Shown: positions 1 through 9,310, counted from the first letter of the stretch. The stretch: DNA of 64,000 bases from Candidatus Poribacteria bacterium (GCA_965218095.1 OZ244587.1:1280001-1344000); one strand, 5' to 3'. Numbers and translations: made by a program. Notes: generated by a model not told the origin, from the sequence alone.

Positions 1-279
1 AATCCGATCTCCCTCCTCCAACGACCGCCCCATGCTGTCGGTTTGAATATTTTTCCCTAGTTCTTCGATTGTGCCAATCATTTCATGACCGAGAATTTGC
101 GGGATGCCGCTGGCAATCTTGGGGCCGTGTCCTCGCCAAAAGTGCAGATCTGACCCGCAGATATTCGCCATCCGCATTTTGACCAGGAGATCATCCGTTC
201 CCGTTGATGGCACGGGATACTCTCGGAATTCCATCGGTGTTTGTGGCTGCGTAAAAATGGCAACCTGTCCTGTTTTCAT
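1..279 (-). CDS. Zinc-dependent alcohol dehydrogenase (MDR family), N-terminal part, runs off the window
   Basis: Manual translation MKTGQVAIF...NICGSDLH...ILGHEMIG...EGDRI contains the CGSD and GHE zinc motifs; AGGAG RBS upstream. Confidence 0.9.
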   Translation of the reverse strand, partial: MKTGQVAIFTQPQTPMEFREYPVPSTGTDDLLVKMRMANICGSDLHFWRGHGPKIASGIPQILGHEMIGTIEELGKNIQTDSMGRSLEEGDRI

Positions 280-296
280 TGTGAGCTCCTCCTGTG

Positions 297-322
297 CGTG
301 AGACGTGAAACGTAAGGCGTCA
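297..322. repeat. Degenerate 7-nt periodic repeat (CGTGAAA/CGTAAGG type)
   Basis: cgtgaga cgtgaaa cgtaagg cgtcaa; the same family recurs at about 3645, 4178, 5525, 11097, 48290, 51915 and 60805. Confidence 0.75.
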
Positions 323-327
323 ATTTC

Positions 328-732
328 TTATTCCGCGTATTCGTCGAAATTAATCACCTTCCACTGTCCGCCAACCCGTTCAGTCAGAATCACGGTGTTG
401 CGCACGCTGTTTGAGATGCTTGTGTTTTTAATGGTTAGCTGATACCTGAAGACGACCTGATTTTCAGCCTTCACTTTTTTCCCGACCTTTTCATACGCAA
501 TTTGTGGGTGCACTTTCGACTCCTCACTTCCATTGCGGACTTCCCGTAATAACTCAATTTCCTCCTCCAGTTTTTCCTTGGCAAGGCCATCACTCAAGCG
601 CAACGCCATTCCCTGATTGGCGTGCAGGTAATAGTTATAAACAAAGTCTTCAGCGACGCCATCAGACGTGTTTCTATCTGAACAAGCGAATATGAACAGT
701 AGAAGACTGAAGCCAACCCATGCGGTTTTCAT
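328..732 (-). CDS. Hypothetical lipoprotein (NTF2-like C-terminus)
   Basis: MKTAWVGFSLLLFIFAC lipobox, AAGGA RBS, ends ...GGQWKVINF. Confidence 0.7.
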   Translation of the reverse strand: MKTAWVGFSLLLFIFACSDRNTSDGVAEDFVYNYYLHANQGMALRLSDGLAKEKLEEEIELLREVRNGSEESKVHPQIAYEKVGKKVKAENQVVFRYQLTIKNTSISNSVRNTVILTERVGGQWKVINFDEYAE

Positions 733-777
733 GACATTTTCCTTTTGCTGACGCGTTTGGACGATTCGCAATTTTGC

Positions 778-806
778 TTGACGTGGTTTAGACGGGTTGA
801 TATAAT
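778..806 (+). promoter_or_regulatory. Sigma70-type promoter
   Basis: TTGACG-N17-TATAAT upstream of ORF 851. Confidence 0.7.
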
Positions 807-850
807 GCCTGATAATTGTTATACTTGACTCTTGGAAATAGAAAGGAAAA

Positions 851-1681
851 TTGATGATCATTTACCGCTGGTGTATTCTATTCCAATGGATTGTGTTGTG
901 TTGCTTCATTTGTGTGGGAGGATGTGATCGTCCCAAAGAGGAGTCACCGGCTGGTTCGACCCCAAAACCGGATCAGACTTCCCAACCGGCGACGCCAAAA
1001 CGTGCGCCGAGGACCCTGGAAGCGTTCCAAAGCGCAATTGAAGCTAGACAGGTAGGAACAATCAGCGGAAGCGCGTTATTCAAAGGCGCCCCCCCCACAC
1101 CGAAGGAACTCCGTGTGACGCTAAACAAGCGCACATGTGGGCATACATATCAATCCGAAAGTCTCCTCATCTCTGGAAAGGGAGGGATTCAGAATGTCGT
1201 CGTGTCGCTGCTGAGAATCCCTGAAGGACTGCCAATCGAGACTTCTGAATCTTTGGTCAAAATGGATCAGCAAAGATGCGTTTTTATCCCGCATGTGCTG
1301 ATCGTCCGTGCCGGCACAGAATTTGAAGCTTTAAGCAGCGATCCGGTACTGCATAACTTCCATGCCATTGGAAATCATAATAAAGAGATCAATGTCACGC
1401 AGACCAAGACGAAAAGGAGGCGGCTACCTGTGATGTTTCCTGAACCTGACACAGTCATGGTGATCTGTGATGTGCATAGCTGGATGAAGGCGTGGATTAT
1501 TGTCGCGGAACACCCCTACTACACACTCACAAATGCAGAAGGTCAGTTTCGGTTGGAAAATGTACCAGAAGGGAGCTACCAGATTAAGGCGTGGCATGAG
1601 GAACTGGGTGAGCAGATTCAAAAGGTCACAGTGAAAGTCAATCAAGATACAGGTATTGATTTCGAGTTTAGTCAACCATAA
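851..1681 (+). CDS. Lipoprotein with cupredoxin-like and carboxypeptidase-regulatory-like domains
   Basis: Lipobox VGGC; MDQQRCVFIPHV, LHNFH...CDVHSWM (type-1 Cu-like ligands), GQFRLENVPEGSYQIKAWHE. Confidence 0.8.
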   Translation: MMIIYRWCILFQWIVLCCFICVGGCDRPKEESPAGSTPKPDQTSQPATPKRAPRTLEAFQSAIEARQVGTISGSALFKGAPPTPKELRVTLNKRTCGHTYQSESLLISGKGGIQNVVVSLLRIPEGLPIETSESLVKMDQQRCVFIPHVLIVRAGTEFEALSSDPVLHNFHAIGNHNKEINVTQTKTKRRRLPVMFPEPDTVMVICDVHSWMKAWIIVAEHPYYTLTNAEGQFRLENVPEGSYQIKAWHEELGEQIQKVTVKVNQDTGIDFEFSQP

Positions 1682-1685
1682 CAGA

Positions 1686-1784
1686 ATCGGTTTGAGGCGT
1701 TTCTAAGTGGTTCAGTGCGCCATGTCCGTATAGGGTTGGACCTGACAGGTTTTTGAAACCTGTCAGGTCTGGTGTCAAACCGAT
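1686..1784. repeat. About 100-bp element with inverted ends enclosing a REP-like palindrome
   Basis: ATCGGTTTGA (1686) / TCAAACCGAT (1775) flank acctgacaggttt-tt-gaaacctgtcaggt; lies between convergent genes. Confidence 0.75.
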
Positions 1785-1815
1785 ATGAATTTATGGGAGT
1801 AGGACCACTAAGTTT

Positions 1816-2187
1816 CTATTCCCATCTGGTCTGTGCCGAAGTGCCTGTATGCCTGTTGTATCTGTCGATATAGTCTCCCCGGGGTGGGCTGAAGATATCC
1901 AGGACGCACGCCGGTCCCTCAACCACAACTCCCGAATGCACCACATCCGAAGGAACAATGAAGGCGTCTCCTATTCCCAAGACCTTTTCCTCTGAACCAA
2001 TCCTGAACTTCAACTTTCCCGACAATACCAGGCCTGCCTGCTCGTGTGGATGGCTGTGTTCCGGAACTTCACTACCTTCCGTCATTTCCAAAAAGGAGAG
2101 CATCAGATGTTCCCCGGAGATAATACTACTGAGCGCCCCCGGGAATAATTCCATTCGGGGCAGTTCCTCGGAAGCTATAAACGGCAT
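1816..2187 (-). CDS. Cupin domain protein
   Basis: PEHSHPHEQ...VPSDVVH...LDIFSPPR; start chosen at MPFIASE after GAGG RBS. Confidence 0.85.
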   Translation of the reverse strand: MPFIASEELPRMELFPGALSSIISGEHLMLSFLEMTEGSEVPEHSHPHEQAGLVLSGKLKFRIGSEEKVLGIGDAFIVPSDVVHSGVVVEGPACVLDIFSPPRGDYIDRYNRHTGTSAQTRWE

Positions 2188-2286
2188 GTCTTCCCTCCTC
2201 AAACTTTTCCAGAAAAATAAGTAGGCGGGGCATTGCCCCACCCCTTACCAATGTTCACGGTCAACATATCTGCTTTTGATTCCCGG

Positions 2287-2751
2287 TCATTTTTTAACGA
2301 CCTTAATCTCTTTCGATGCCTTCCACGGTGCGGTATGGTTGGGTTGTTCCATTGCCACTAACGTGGTGCTCTCTTCCAACGCAATCGTAAAAGTGACCTT
2401 AGGCATTGTATGAATCGGATGCAGATAAGCCCGCGCTAACTCGACATCATTTTTGTAGATCGCAATCCAGTTGACATAGTGCTCATAGAGGGTTGGATGG
2501 ATTGCATCGGCACCGATAGTTACAGTTACATCAAACCATTCACCGGCACGAACCTCACCTGGACACTCAATTTTCGGTGTATGTTTCGCATCGTGCTCTG
2601 TTTTGATGTGTTTGAAATCGCCGATTACATCTTCGTCAAAAACCTGCTCAAGTTGATTTGCAACAACGGGAATCGCAATCAACACAGCAATGACTCCCAG
2701 ACTTAACGCTCCAATCTTGAAAGGCTGGTTTTTCAACAATCGAAATAACAA
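2287..2751 (-). CDS. Class II SOR-like (desulfoferrodoxin-fold) protein with N-terminal export signal
   Basis: KHTPKIECP...HPTLYEHYVNWI...PKVTFTI; hydrophobic N-terminus; TTG start after AGGAGG. Confidence 0.75.
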   Translation of the reverse strand: MLFRLLKNQPFKIGALSLGVIAVLIAIPVVANQLEQVFDEDVIGDFKHIKTEHDAKHTPKIECPGEVRAGEWFDVTVTIGADAIHPTLYEHYVNWIAIYKNDVELARAYLHPIHTMPKVTFTIALEESTTLVAMEQPNHTAPWKASKEIKVVKK

Positions 2752-2978
2752 AATGATACCTCCTGTTGATAGATTTAAATCAGGAGTTACGCAGCTGGTT
2801 TTGTCCCATCCACGATTCATCTGCATCTTGTATCATCTGGGTCAGGATTCAACAAGATCCAGGAGGGTGACATTTAACTCAATATGAAATGCGTAATCCC
2901 TATTAAAGACAACGTGATTATACCACACCGTCCGAAACAGTACCAACGAAAACTTCAGTCGGCTGAAGATGTGGCGAT

Positions 2979-3407
2979 TTAGTTCAGCGATGGTACTGCT
3001 GCGGTACCAGAAAGCGCCATCTCTCTCGGCAATGGAGAGGCGTGGTGATGCACCATCTTCCAATCCTCGCCTTCGCGTTTGAAGACGTTCGTCGCTTGAG
3101 CGAACGATATGCCCATCCTCCCGCCAGCGAAGGTATGGATCGATTCTACACACGTTACCCATGCAAACTGTTTATCGACATGAATCGAAACCTCACTGGG
3201 GTGGATGTGCATCCGATGTGTATTCTGGAAGATATTGACCCAACTCTGGCGAATTTCCTCCCAGCCGGTGAGCGTCTCCCAGTTCGGATGAATACATTGC
3301 ACCCAATCCGCTTGTAGCCATACGTCGTCCATCATGTCAATGCTCAAATTTTGCATCGCTTGATAAAAGTTGAGATTTGCCTGTTCAACCTGTTGTTGAT
3401 TTGTCAT
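2979..3407 (-). CDS. SnoaL/NTF2-like protein
   Basis: ANLNFYQAM...CIHPNW...ATNVF...WKMVHHHASP. Confidence 0.85.
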   Translation of the reverse strand: MTNQQQVEQANLNFYQAMQNLSIDMMDDVWLQADWVQCIHPNWETLTGWEEIRQSWVNIFQNTHRMHIHPSEVSIHVDKQFAWVTCVESIHTFAGGRMGISFAQATNVFKREGEDWKMVHHHASPLPREMALSGTAAVPSLN

Positions 3408-3429
3408 TAATTTCTCCGGCTATCGATCT

Positions 3430-3580
3430 CCACCTTAATCCGGCAGATCCACCGAGGTGGCGAGCCAACAAGAAGCACGGACATGGCACCGATGCTGATT
3501 ACAGGCCACCTGTTGTCGGTATGATCGGGCAAGGGAATGGTCAGGTCTGTTTGCGCGTTGTCCATCACACGGAGGTTGTC
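3430..3580 (+). mobile_element. IS1595-family transposase remnant
   Basis: DPPRWRANKKHGHGTDADYRPPVVGMIGQGNGQVCLRVV resembles the internal RRANKxRGHGT..DRPP motif; about 50 codons only. Confidence 0.6.
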
Positions 3581-3666
3581 AGAAAAAGATCGTCAGATCG
3601 TCCTGATTAATAGAGCTGGATCTGATCTCTACAGTGGCTTACATGTTACGCATCACATATCACGCT

Positions 3667-4074
3667 TCACTCGCCACTAAAGAGCCCCATCCCCGCAGAC
3701 CCATCTGCAATCTTCCGAATCTGCTTTTCAAAGCCAGACGGTGAAAACGTCCATGTGAGCCAAAGTGGCGCATCACCGGTGTTGACAAAACGGTGTTCAA
3801 CCTTCGGTGGGATAAAAATCACCGTCCCCGGTTTCAGGTCCGCGACCTCATCCCCGACGAACCCTTTCCCTTGACCGCCAAAGATAAATATGATCTCTTC
3901 AGCTTCGTCATGGGCGTGCATTGGGATCTCGCTATGGGTATCGATCTCCTCCAGCCCCGCGGCAAAGCGTTCTGTTTCAACGGTGTTCGGTTCGATGCAG
4001 GTGTATAATGTGCGCGGGGTTTCCCCTTCAATCCGAACGACTTCAGCGTCTTCTTTGTGGAAAAAATATGTCAT
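3667..4074 (-). CDS. Cupin domain protein
   Basis: PMHAHDEAEE...IPPKVEHRFVNTG. Confidence 0.85.
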   Translation of the reverse strand: MTYFFHKEDAEVVRIEGETPRTLYTCIEPNTVETERFAAGLEEIDTHSEIPMHAHDEAEEIIFIFGGQGKGFVGDEVADLKPGTVIFIPPKVEHRFVNTGDAPLWLTWTFSPSGFEKQIRKIADGSAGMGLFSGE

Positions 4075-4200
4075 CGTATCTTCCTTTCTCTGTGTACATT
4101 GATAAAAGTCTATCTTTTGATTTCTATTGGTGCAGGAAACTCCCAGAAATGTAAAATCTCTTTTTGTGAGGTCGATATTTCACGTTTTACGTTTCACGCA

Positions 4201-5502
4201 TTACGTCTTCTGCGGCTTTTTCTTCGCCGCGGGGAACAGGATGTTGTTCAGGATGAGCCGGTAACCCGGTGAGTGTTTGTGGAGATCCAGGTTGGTTGGC
4301 ACTTTTCCTTCTCCGACGAGGTGGCGATAGTCCTCCGGATCATGTCCGCCGAGGAACGTAAACGTCCCCCTGACCAACTTGCCATGGATGTACTTGGCGT
4401 AACGGCTTCCCTCAATGTCACCCATGATTGTCACAGTGTCGCGGATGGTGTCCTTGTTAAACGAAGTCGTCTGTCCGAGAAATCCGCGTACCCGACTCAC
4501 ATGATTCTGAGTGAGCATCGTCGGGATGGGATCATGCTTTGCAGCAAACTCAAATAACACGAAATCCTCCACGCCTGATAGCGGGTTGAGATCCGGGCGC
4601 GGGTTATCGATATTTGAAAATTCATACCGATTCGGATTTGGGTAGAGCGTAAAATTCTCAAAGCCGAAGGTTCTATCAAAATTAAGTTTGGACTGATAGT
4701 CTAGGTCGAGTGGTGTCCCGTCGAGTTCAGGCGCAACGATATCTACGCTTCCGCCCCCTGTCGAGAGCGCGATGTCCAATGTTTCTGGCGCCGAACACAT
4801 GGCAAACAGAAATCCACCCTTGACGATGTAATCCTGGATCTGCTGGGCAATATCCACCTTGTGTTTCGGCACGCCATCAAATCCCGCTTCTGCCGCAGCC
4901 TGTTCAAACAGGTGCTTGCGCTGCTGATACCATACTTGCCCCTTATAAGCACTGTAGAATTTTCCGTGCTGCCCCGTGAAATCCTCATGGTGCAAGTGCA
5001 GCCAATCGTACTCTTTCGTGAACAGGACCCCCGCTGCAACCTGCTTATCCCAGATTGTGTCATAGGGAATCTCTGCGTACTCCAAAGCGATTTTTACGGC
5101 ATCATCCCATGGATCTCGGTAGGGCGTATCCTCCGGTGGCGCATAAACAGCGATCTTGGGTGCTTTTTCCAGCAAGATCTCATCCATATTGCTATTATCC
5201 ATTTCGGACTGGATAGCACCATAATCGGAAACGGAGATCGGCTGAAAACTGACGCCCATCACCTGCGCCTTGAGTTGCACCTCCGGAGTGTCTCTCAGAA
5301 GAAAGGAGCCTCCCCGATAATTCAACAGCCACTTTGCACCATACTGCCGTGGACCTTCCAGCGCCCAATATGTCAATCCATAAGCCTTCAAGTGATTAAT
5401 TTGTGTATTATCCATCGGCACAAGTAACCACTGTGCAGAGGTGTTGCTGACTATCATCAAGAAAAAGAGTGATACCAGCAGGGTGCTTTTTGCTGAATTC
5501 AT
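4201..5502 (-). CDS. Conserved exported protein, class I glutamine-amidotransferase-like (family often mislabelled asparagine synthetase B)
   Basis: Signal peptide; HLKAYG, WLLNYRGGSF, PWDDAV, HLHHEDFTGQ, GGFLFAMCSA, GGHDPEDY, SPGYRLILNNILFP. Confidence 0.75.
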   Translation of the reverse strand: MNSAKSTLLVSLFFLMIVSNTSAQWLLVPMDNTQINHLKAYGLTYWALEGPRQYGAKWLLNYRGGSFLLRDTPEVQLKAQVMGVSFQPISVSDYGAIQSEMDNSNMDEILLEKAPKIAVYAPPEDTPYRDPWDDAVKIALEYAEIPYDTIWDKQVAAGVLFTKEYDWLHLHHEDFTGQHGKFYSAYKGQVWYQQRKHLFEQAAAEAGFDGVPKHKVDIAQQIQDYIVKGGFLFAMCSAPETLDIALSTGGGSVDIVAPELDGTPLDLDYQSKLNFDRTFGFENFTLYPNPNRYEFSNIDNPRPDLNPLSGVEDFVLFEFAAKHDPIPTMLTQNHVSRVRGFLGQTTSFNKDTIRDTVTIMGDIEGSRYAKYIHGKLVRGTFTFLGGHDPEDYRHLVGEGKVPTNLDLHKHSPGYRLILNNILFPAAKKKPQKT

Positions 5503-5514
5503 CGATTTTTCCTC

Positions 5515-6354
5515 CTAAAAAAGTAATACGTATTGCGTATTGCGTAAAACAACCTTCCCAGCCTTCCCCTTCCTTCCTTTCCTTGTATAAAATGAACTCA
5601 TGAACAGCACTTCAAAATTTCGTGTCGTCATCTCCCCAATTTTCTTTAGTGAAACACCGCGGAGTTCAGCGATTTTTTCTGCTATGGTGCGAACATAAGC
5701 CGGTTCGTTGCGTTTGCCGCGCCGAAACTGTGGCGCCAACCATGGGCAATCCGTCTCCACAAGCAAACGGTCTGCGGGCACTTCCCGTGCTGCGTCTTGC
5801 AGTGCCTTCGATTTGCGGTAGGTTACCGGTCCGCCGATGCCGATGTAAAATCCGAGATCGAGGCTCTGTCTCACGAGCTCCACGTCGCCTGAAAAGCAGT
5901 GCATCACGCCGCACACCTTTCCGAGCCGCGCTCGCAAAATTGGGAGGATGTCGTGATATGCCTCGCGGTTGTGAATGACGATTGGGAGATCTAATTCCTC
6001 TGCCAGATCCAATTGTCGTTCAAACGCCATCTTTTGGATTGGACGCGGCGAGAGATCGCGATAGTAATCGAGTCCCATCTCGCCAAGCGCGAGCACCTTC
6101 GGATGGGCAGCAAGTTCACGAAAAATTCGTATGGTTTCGTCATCCAGGTCTTTCGCATCGTGTGGATGGATGCCGACAGTGGCATAGACCTGATCATATT
6201 GTTCTGCAAGATTGATCGCCCCACGGCTGGTCTCCGGATCGAATCCGATCGCCAAAATCGCATGAACACCAGCTTGTCGGGCGCGTTCTATCATTGCCTC
6301 CCGATCGGCATCGAACTGATTGAGTTGAATGTGGGCATGTGAATCAATGAACAT
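5515..6354 (-). CDS. tatD: TatD-family DNase
   Basis: DSHAH, GIHPH, GEMGLDY, IHNRE, HCFSG, ETDCPW, RNEP. Confidence 0.95.
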   Translation of the reverse strand: MFIDSHAHIQLNQFDADREAMIERARQAGVHAILAIGFDPETSRGAINLAEQYDQVYATVGIHPHDAKDLDDETIRIFRELAAHPKVLALGEMGLDYYRDLSPRPIQKMAFERQLDLAEELDLPIVIHNREAYHDILPILRARLGKVCGVMHCFSGDVELVRQSLDLGFYIGIGGPVTYRKSKALQDAAREVPADRLLVETDCPWLAPQFRRGKRNEPAYVRTIAEKIAELRGVSLKKIGEMTTRNFEVLFMSSFYTRKGRKGKAGKVVLRNTQYVLLF

Positions 6355-6473
6355 AATAAAATTTCCGATTTCGTTAATATCACTCCATCAAGGTTCTCTC
6401 GACACGAATTTGAGTGTACAAAAACATTCTCGTGAGGTGAGGCGCTTACAATTGTCAACCGATCATTGACAAG

Positions 6474-7538
6474 TTAGGGACGATAAATAATCTGAAAAAC
6501 CTTAATGTCATTCATTGCGAAATCACTCACGAAAACGAAATTCGCTTTGGAAACTGCAATGCCTAAGGGGTCTACAAGCACCTCATTGTCAAATGCCATC
6601 ACAAGCTGTCCATCTTTCGTGAAGACCTGGATGCGCTGATTTCCTCGATCTGTTACATAGAGATAACCCCAGCGATCCAGTTCGATGTGACTCGGTTCTC
6701 GAAATTGCCCCAGCCCTTCTCCTTCAGTCCCCCATATTTTGACGAGGTTGCCGCTGAAGTCGTATTTCTTGATCCGATGGTTGCCTGAATCGACAATGTA
6801 GACATTCCCACGGGCGTCTGCGACGAGATCTGTTGGATCGCGAAACTGTTCCCTTGCCCCACCAAAACCTCCTCGTGTCAGCACGGGGAGGCCTTCAGTG
6901 TTAAACTGGACGAATCGGTTGTTTCCCGTATCGACGATGTAGACCTCCCCATTGCGCCCGATGCCAATGCCGCTTGGCAGATCGAGATCTATTACAGCAT
7001 CCCCATCTCTATCCTCATAGCCGGTGTCCGATCGGCTTCCAACCATGACGTGGAAGATCCGGTCTACGAGGTCGCAGTATTGGATGCGGTTGTTATCTGT
7101 GTCCGCAACATAGAGGAGTTCGGTCCGCTGAAAATTGATGGCAACATCGCTCGGATTATCAAATTCCCCCCGCCGCCAACCACGCACCCCAAATTCCGCG
7201 ACGAAATTCCCTTCGGGGTCGACGACCTGGACGCGGTTGTTTCCCGAATCGGCGACGTAGAGGCGCCCAAGACGATCGAAATCAAGCCCAGCCGGACGCA
7301 GGAATTGACCCGCCCCCTGACCGGGACGACCAATCGTTTCGATATAGTTGACGCTCAGTATGTGCGGAGCAGGGTGGTCATGAATGGATGGAACAATCTG
7401 GGGCGGCGTAATCTTTTTTGTTAGGAAAAGCTCAGGCTCTGCTTCGACAGCTTGATCAACAGCGGGGCGCAGGGAAGCACAACTCAAACCAAAGGAGAGA
7501 AAGATCAGAATGTGCAGGAAAACGCATCTCGCCTGCAT
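6474..7538 (-). CDS. NHL-repeat (6-bladed beta-propeller) lipoprotein
   Basis: Lipobox GLSC; repeated F..P.g...D..G..YVADS.N.R.Q units. Confidence 0.9.
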   Translation of the reverse strand: MQARCVFLHILIFLSFGLSCASLRPAVDQAVEAEPELFLTKKITPPQIVPSIHDHPAPHILSVNYIETIGRPGQGAGQFLRPAGLDFDRLGRLYVADSGNNRVQVVDPEGNFVAEFGVRGWRRGEFDNPSDVAINFQRTELLYVADTDNNRIQYCDLVDRIFHVMVGSRSDTGYEDRDGDAVIDLDLPSGIGIGRNGEVYIVDTGNNRFVQFNTEGLPVLTRGGFGGAREQFRDPTDLVADARGNVYIVDSGNHRIKKYDFSGNLVKIWGTEGEGLGQFREPSHIELDRWGYLYVTDRGNQRIQVFTKDGQLVMAFDNEVLVDPLGIAVSKANFVFVSDFAMNDIKVFQIIYRP

Positions 7539-7541
7539 CGC

Positions 7542-8147
7542 TTACCCCTTTTGGACTCGAAACTTAAATACAAAGGTGGTTTCTGTTTCGGTGAATTCGC
7601 TGTGGACTTTGGGAACAATAATACGTAAACTTGAAGATTTAATACTGCGCTTGTGGAAATATAGGAAGAATTGAACACGACGTTTTGGCATAATCGTTGT
7701 TCTCTCAATGTCTTCGCGCGGCAACGCTACGGGATCACCCATTACGCGAAGCGCCCTATTTTCTCTAAAATCCTGGCGGAATTCAGGGGGCAACTTGGGT
7801 TTAAAGTTTTTGCCGAGATGAAATGAAAGCTGAGACCTGTGGATGGGCTTTGCGACATTGCCGGACTGATCGAGCATCGAACAATTCTTCTGTTTAAGCG
7901 AAATCCAGTGATTCGTACTATTGAAGACTATAATTCCGAATGCATCCACCTCTTTTACATCATTCAAGGGGACTGCCATCACTGTGACACCGTTTTTGAC
8001 ATGGACAACTGCCCCTGACCGGGGGAGGATGGTTGCCTCCGGATCAAAAACAGGAACAATGCGGATCGGTTGAAAGGCGGAACAGCCCAGATTTGCGAGG
8101 AGTAATATGGTAAGTAATTGTAGGCTCAGTTGTATGTATTTTTTCAT
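7542..8147 (-). CDS. Hypothetical lipoprotein
   Basis: Lipobox NLGC; 4-nt overlap with the upstream stop codon. Confidence 0.7.
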   Translation of the reverse strand: MKKYIQLSLQLLTILLLANLGCSAFQPIRIVPVFDPEATILPRSGAVVHVKNGVTVMAVPLNDVKEVDAFGIIVFNSTNHWISLKQKNCSMLDQSGNVAKPIHRSQLSFHLGKNFKPKLPPEFRQDFRENRALRVMGDPVALPREDIERTTIMPKRRVQFFLYFHKRSIKSSSLRIIVPKVHSEFTETETTFVFKFRVQKG

Positions 8148-9280
8148 TTTCCTTCGGCGAAAAAAGCGAGCAACTTACTAAGTGTTGCCGGTAGGTCTTG
8201 ACGCTGCACGTAGTGATCTATAATCACGTCACGTTGTGCATAGCTGGATGAAGGCGTGGATTGTAAGTCAGCCCCGCGAGAGGCGTTAGTCTGTTCGCCG
8301 GGTCCACCTTGACACACGTGGTTCTGTTCCACAAGTACGAGATCCCCCAGCGGGAACTTTGTTGAGAATCCTCCCAGGGAATTTTGATCGGTTAGAAGCG
8401 TAATCTGTGGCAGACAGGCTTGTGACAAGTTGTCCATTTCAACTGTCAGATATGTAATTTCGGCGGATAAAAGTTCAGGCTGTCCGGGTTGATTGGATTT
8501 TCTCTTAGGAAGCGCATCACCTGGATAAACAGTGATAAGAGGGAGTTTTCTCTCCAACGCTGTACGAATTGCAGCGAGCAGCGTTACGAAATGGACCCGT
8601 TGAGGGACAGCATAGGGGTCAACAACGACGAGGATCGCCGGATGACTCGAAATTGTTCCTTCTCCTGCTGCGATTTGCCATCGGACCTGATTCGGCGCCG
8701 TGTTTCGATTAACGAGATCTGTAAGTCTAATAGCAGCCGATAACTTTTTGTCGATTGAAGGCGGGTAGAGATCGGATATCGCATCCGAATCGAACAGATA
8801 GCGGAGACGTACATCAGCAGGCATCGGAGAATAATAATTACAGTGTGGACAAACATAAAAATTCCGTTCCAATGTCTGTTTGAATACAAACTCATTACAG
8901 AATGTACACTTATTCCACAGCCCACTGCGCCTATCTTTTTGAAAACTGGCTATAGCCTCATTTTCATCCTCATATCGATCGAAGAGAGTGACAAGCTTGG
9001 CCATGACAATCAAGCTCTTGATGTTTCCACTGACCTGGAGTAGAGCAATCCACCCGCTTTTTCTTTGAACTGATGTATAGCCGGCAACAATGACACCAAG
9101 ACCGGAGCTATCCACCATGCGGACTTTTTCGAGATTCAACAGGATTTTAACCTCGCCCTCCTCAGCAGCATTAATCTGTTCATCAATGATATGCTTGAGA
9201 ACTAAGCTATCGGAACCGATAACCCTGCCCTCAATATCTAAAATCGTGACACCTTCTCTTTTGCGAATATTTACATTCAT
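8144..9280 (-). CDS. STAS (anti-sigma antagonist) fused to an AccD-like zinc ribbon and degenerate carboxyltransferase-beta domain
   Basis: N-terminal STAS with VDSSGLG; then LWNKCTFC...ERNFYVCPHCNY...RLRYLFD, LLTDQNSLGGFSTKFPLGDLVLVE, IIDHYVQRQDLPATLSKLL. Confidence 0.85.
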   Translation of the reverse strand: MNVNIRKREGVTILDIEGRVIGSDSLVLKHIIDEQINAAEEGEVKILLNLEKVRMVDSSGLGVIVAGYTSVQRKSGWIALLQVSGNIKSLIVMAKLVTLFDRYEDENEAIASFQKDRRSGLWNKCTFCNEFVFKQTLERNFYVCPHCNYYSPMPADVRLRYLFDSDAISDLYPPSIDKKLSAAIRLTDLVNRNTAPNQVRWQIAAGEGTISSHPAILVVVDPYAVPQRVHFVTLLAAIRTALERKLPLITVYPGDALPKRKSNQPGQPELLSAEITYLTVEMDNLSQACLPQITLLTDQNSLGGFSTKFPLGDLVLVEQNHVCQGGPGEQTNASRGADLQSTPSSSYAQRDVIIDHYVQRQDLPATLSKLLAFFAEGK

Positions 9281-9310
9281 TTGGCGGCCTCCTTGGATTG
9301 AAGTGATGGC

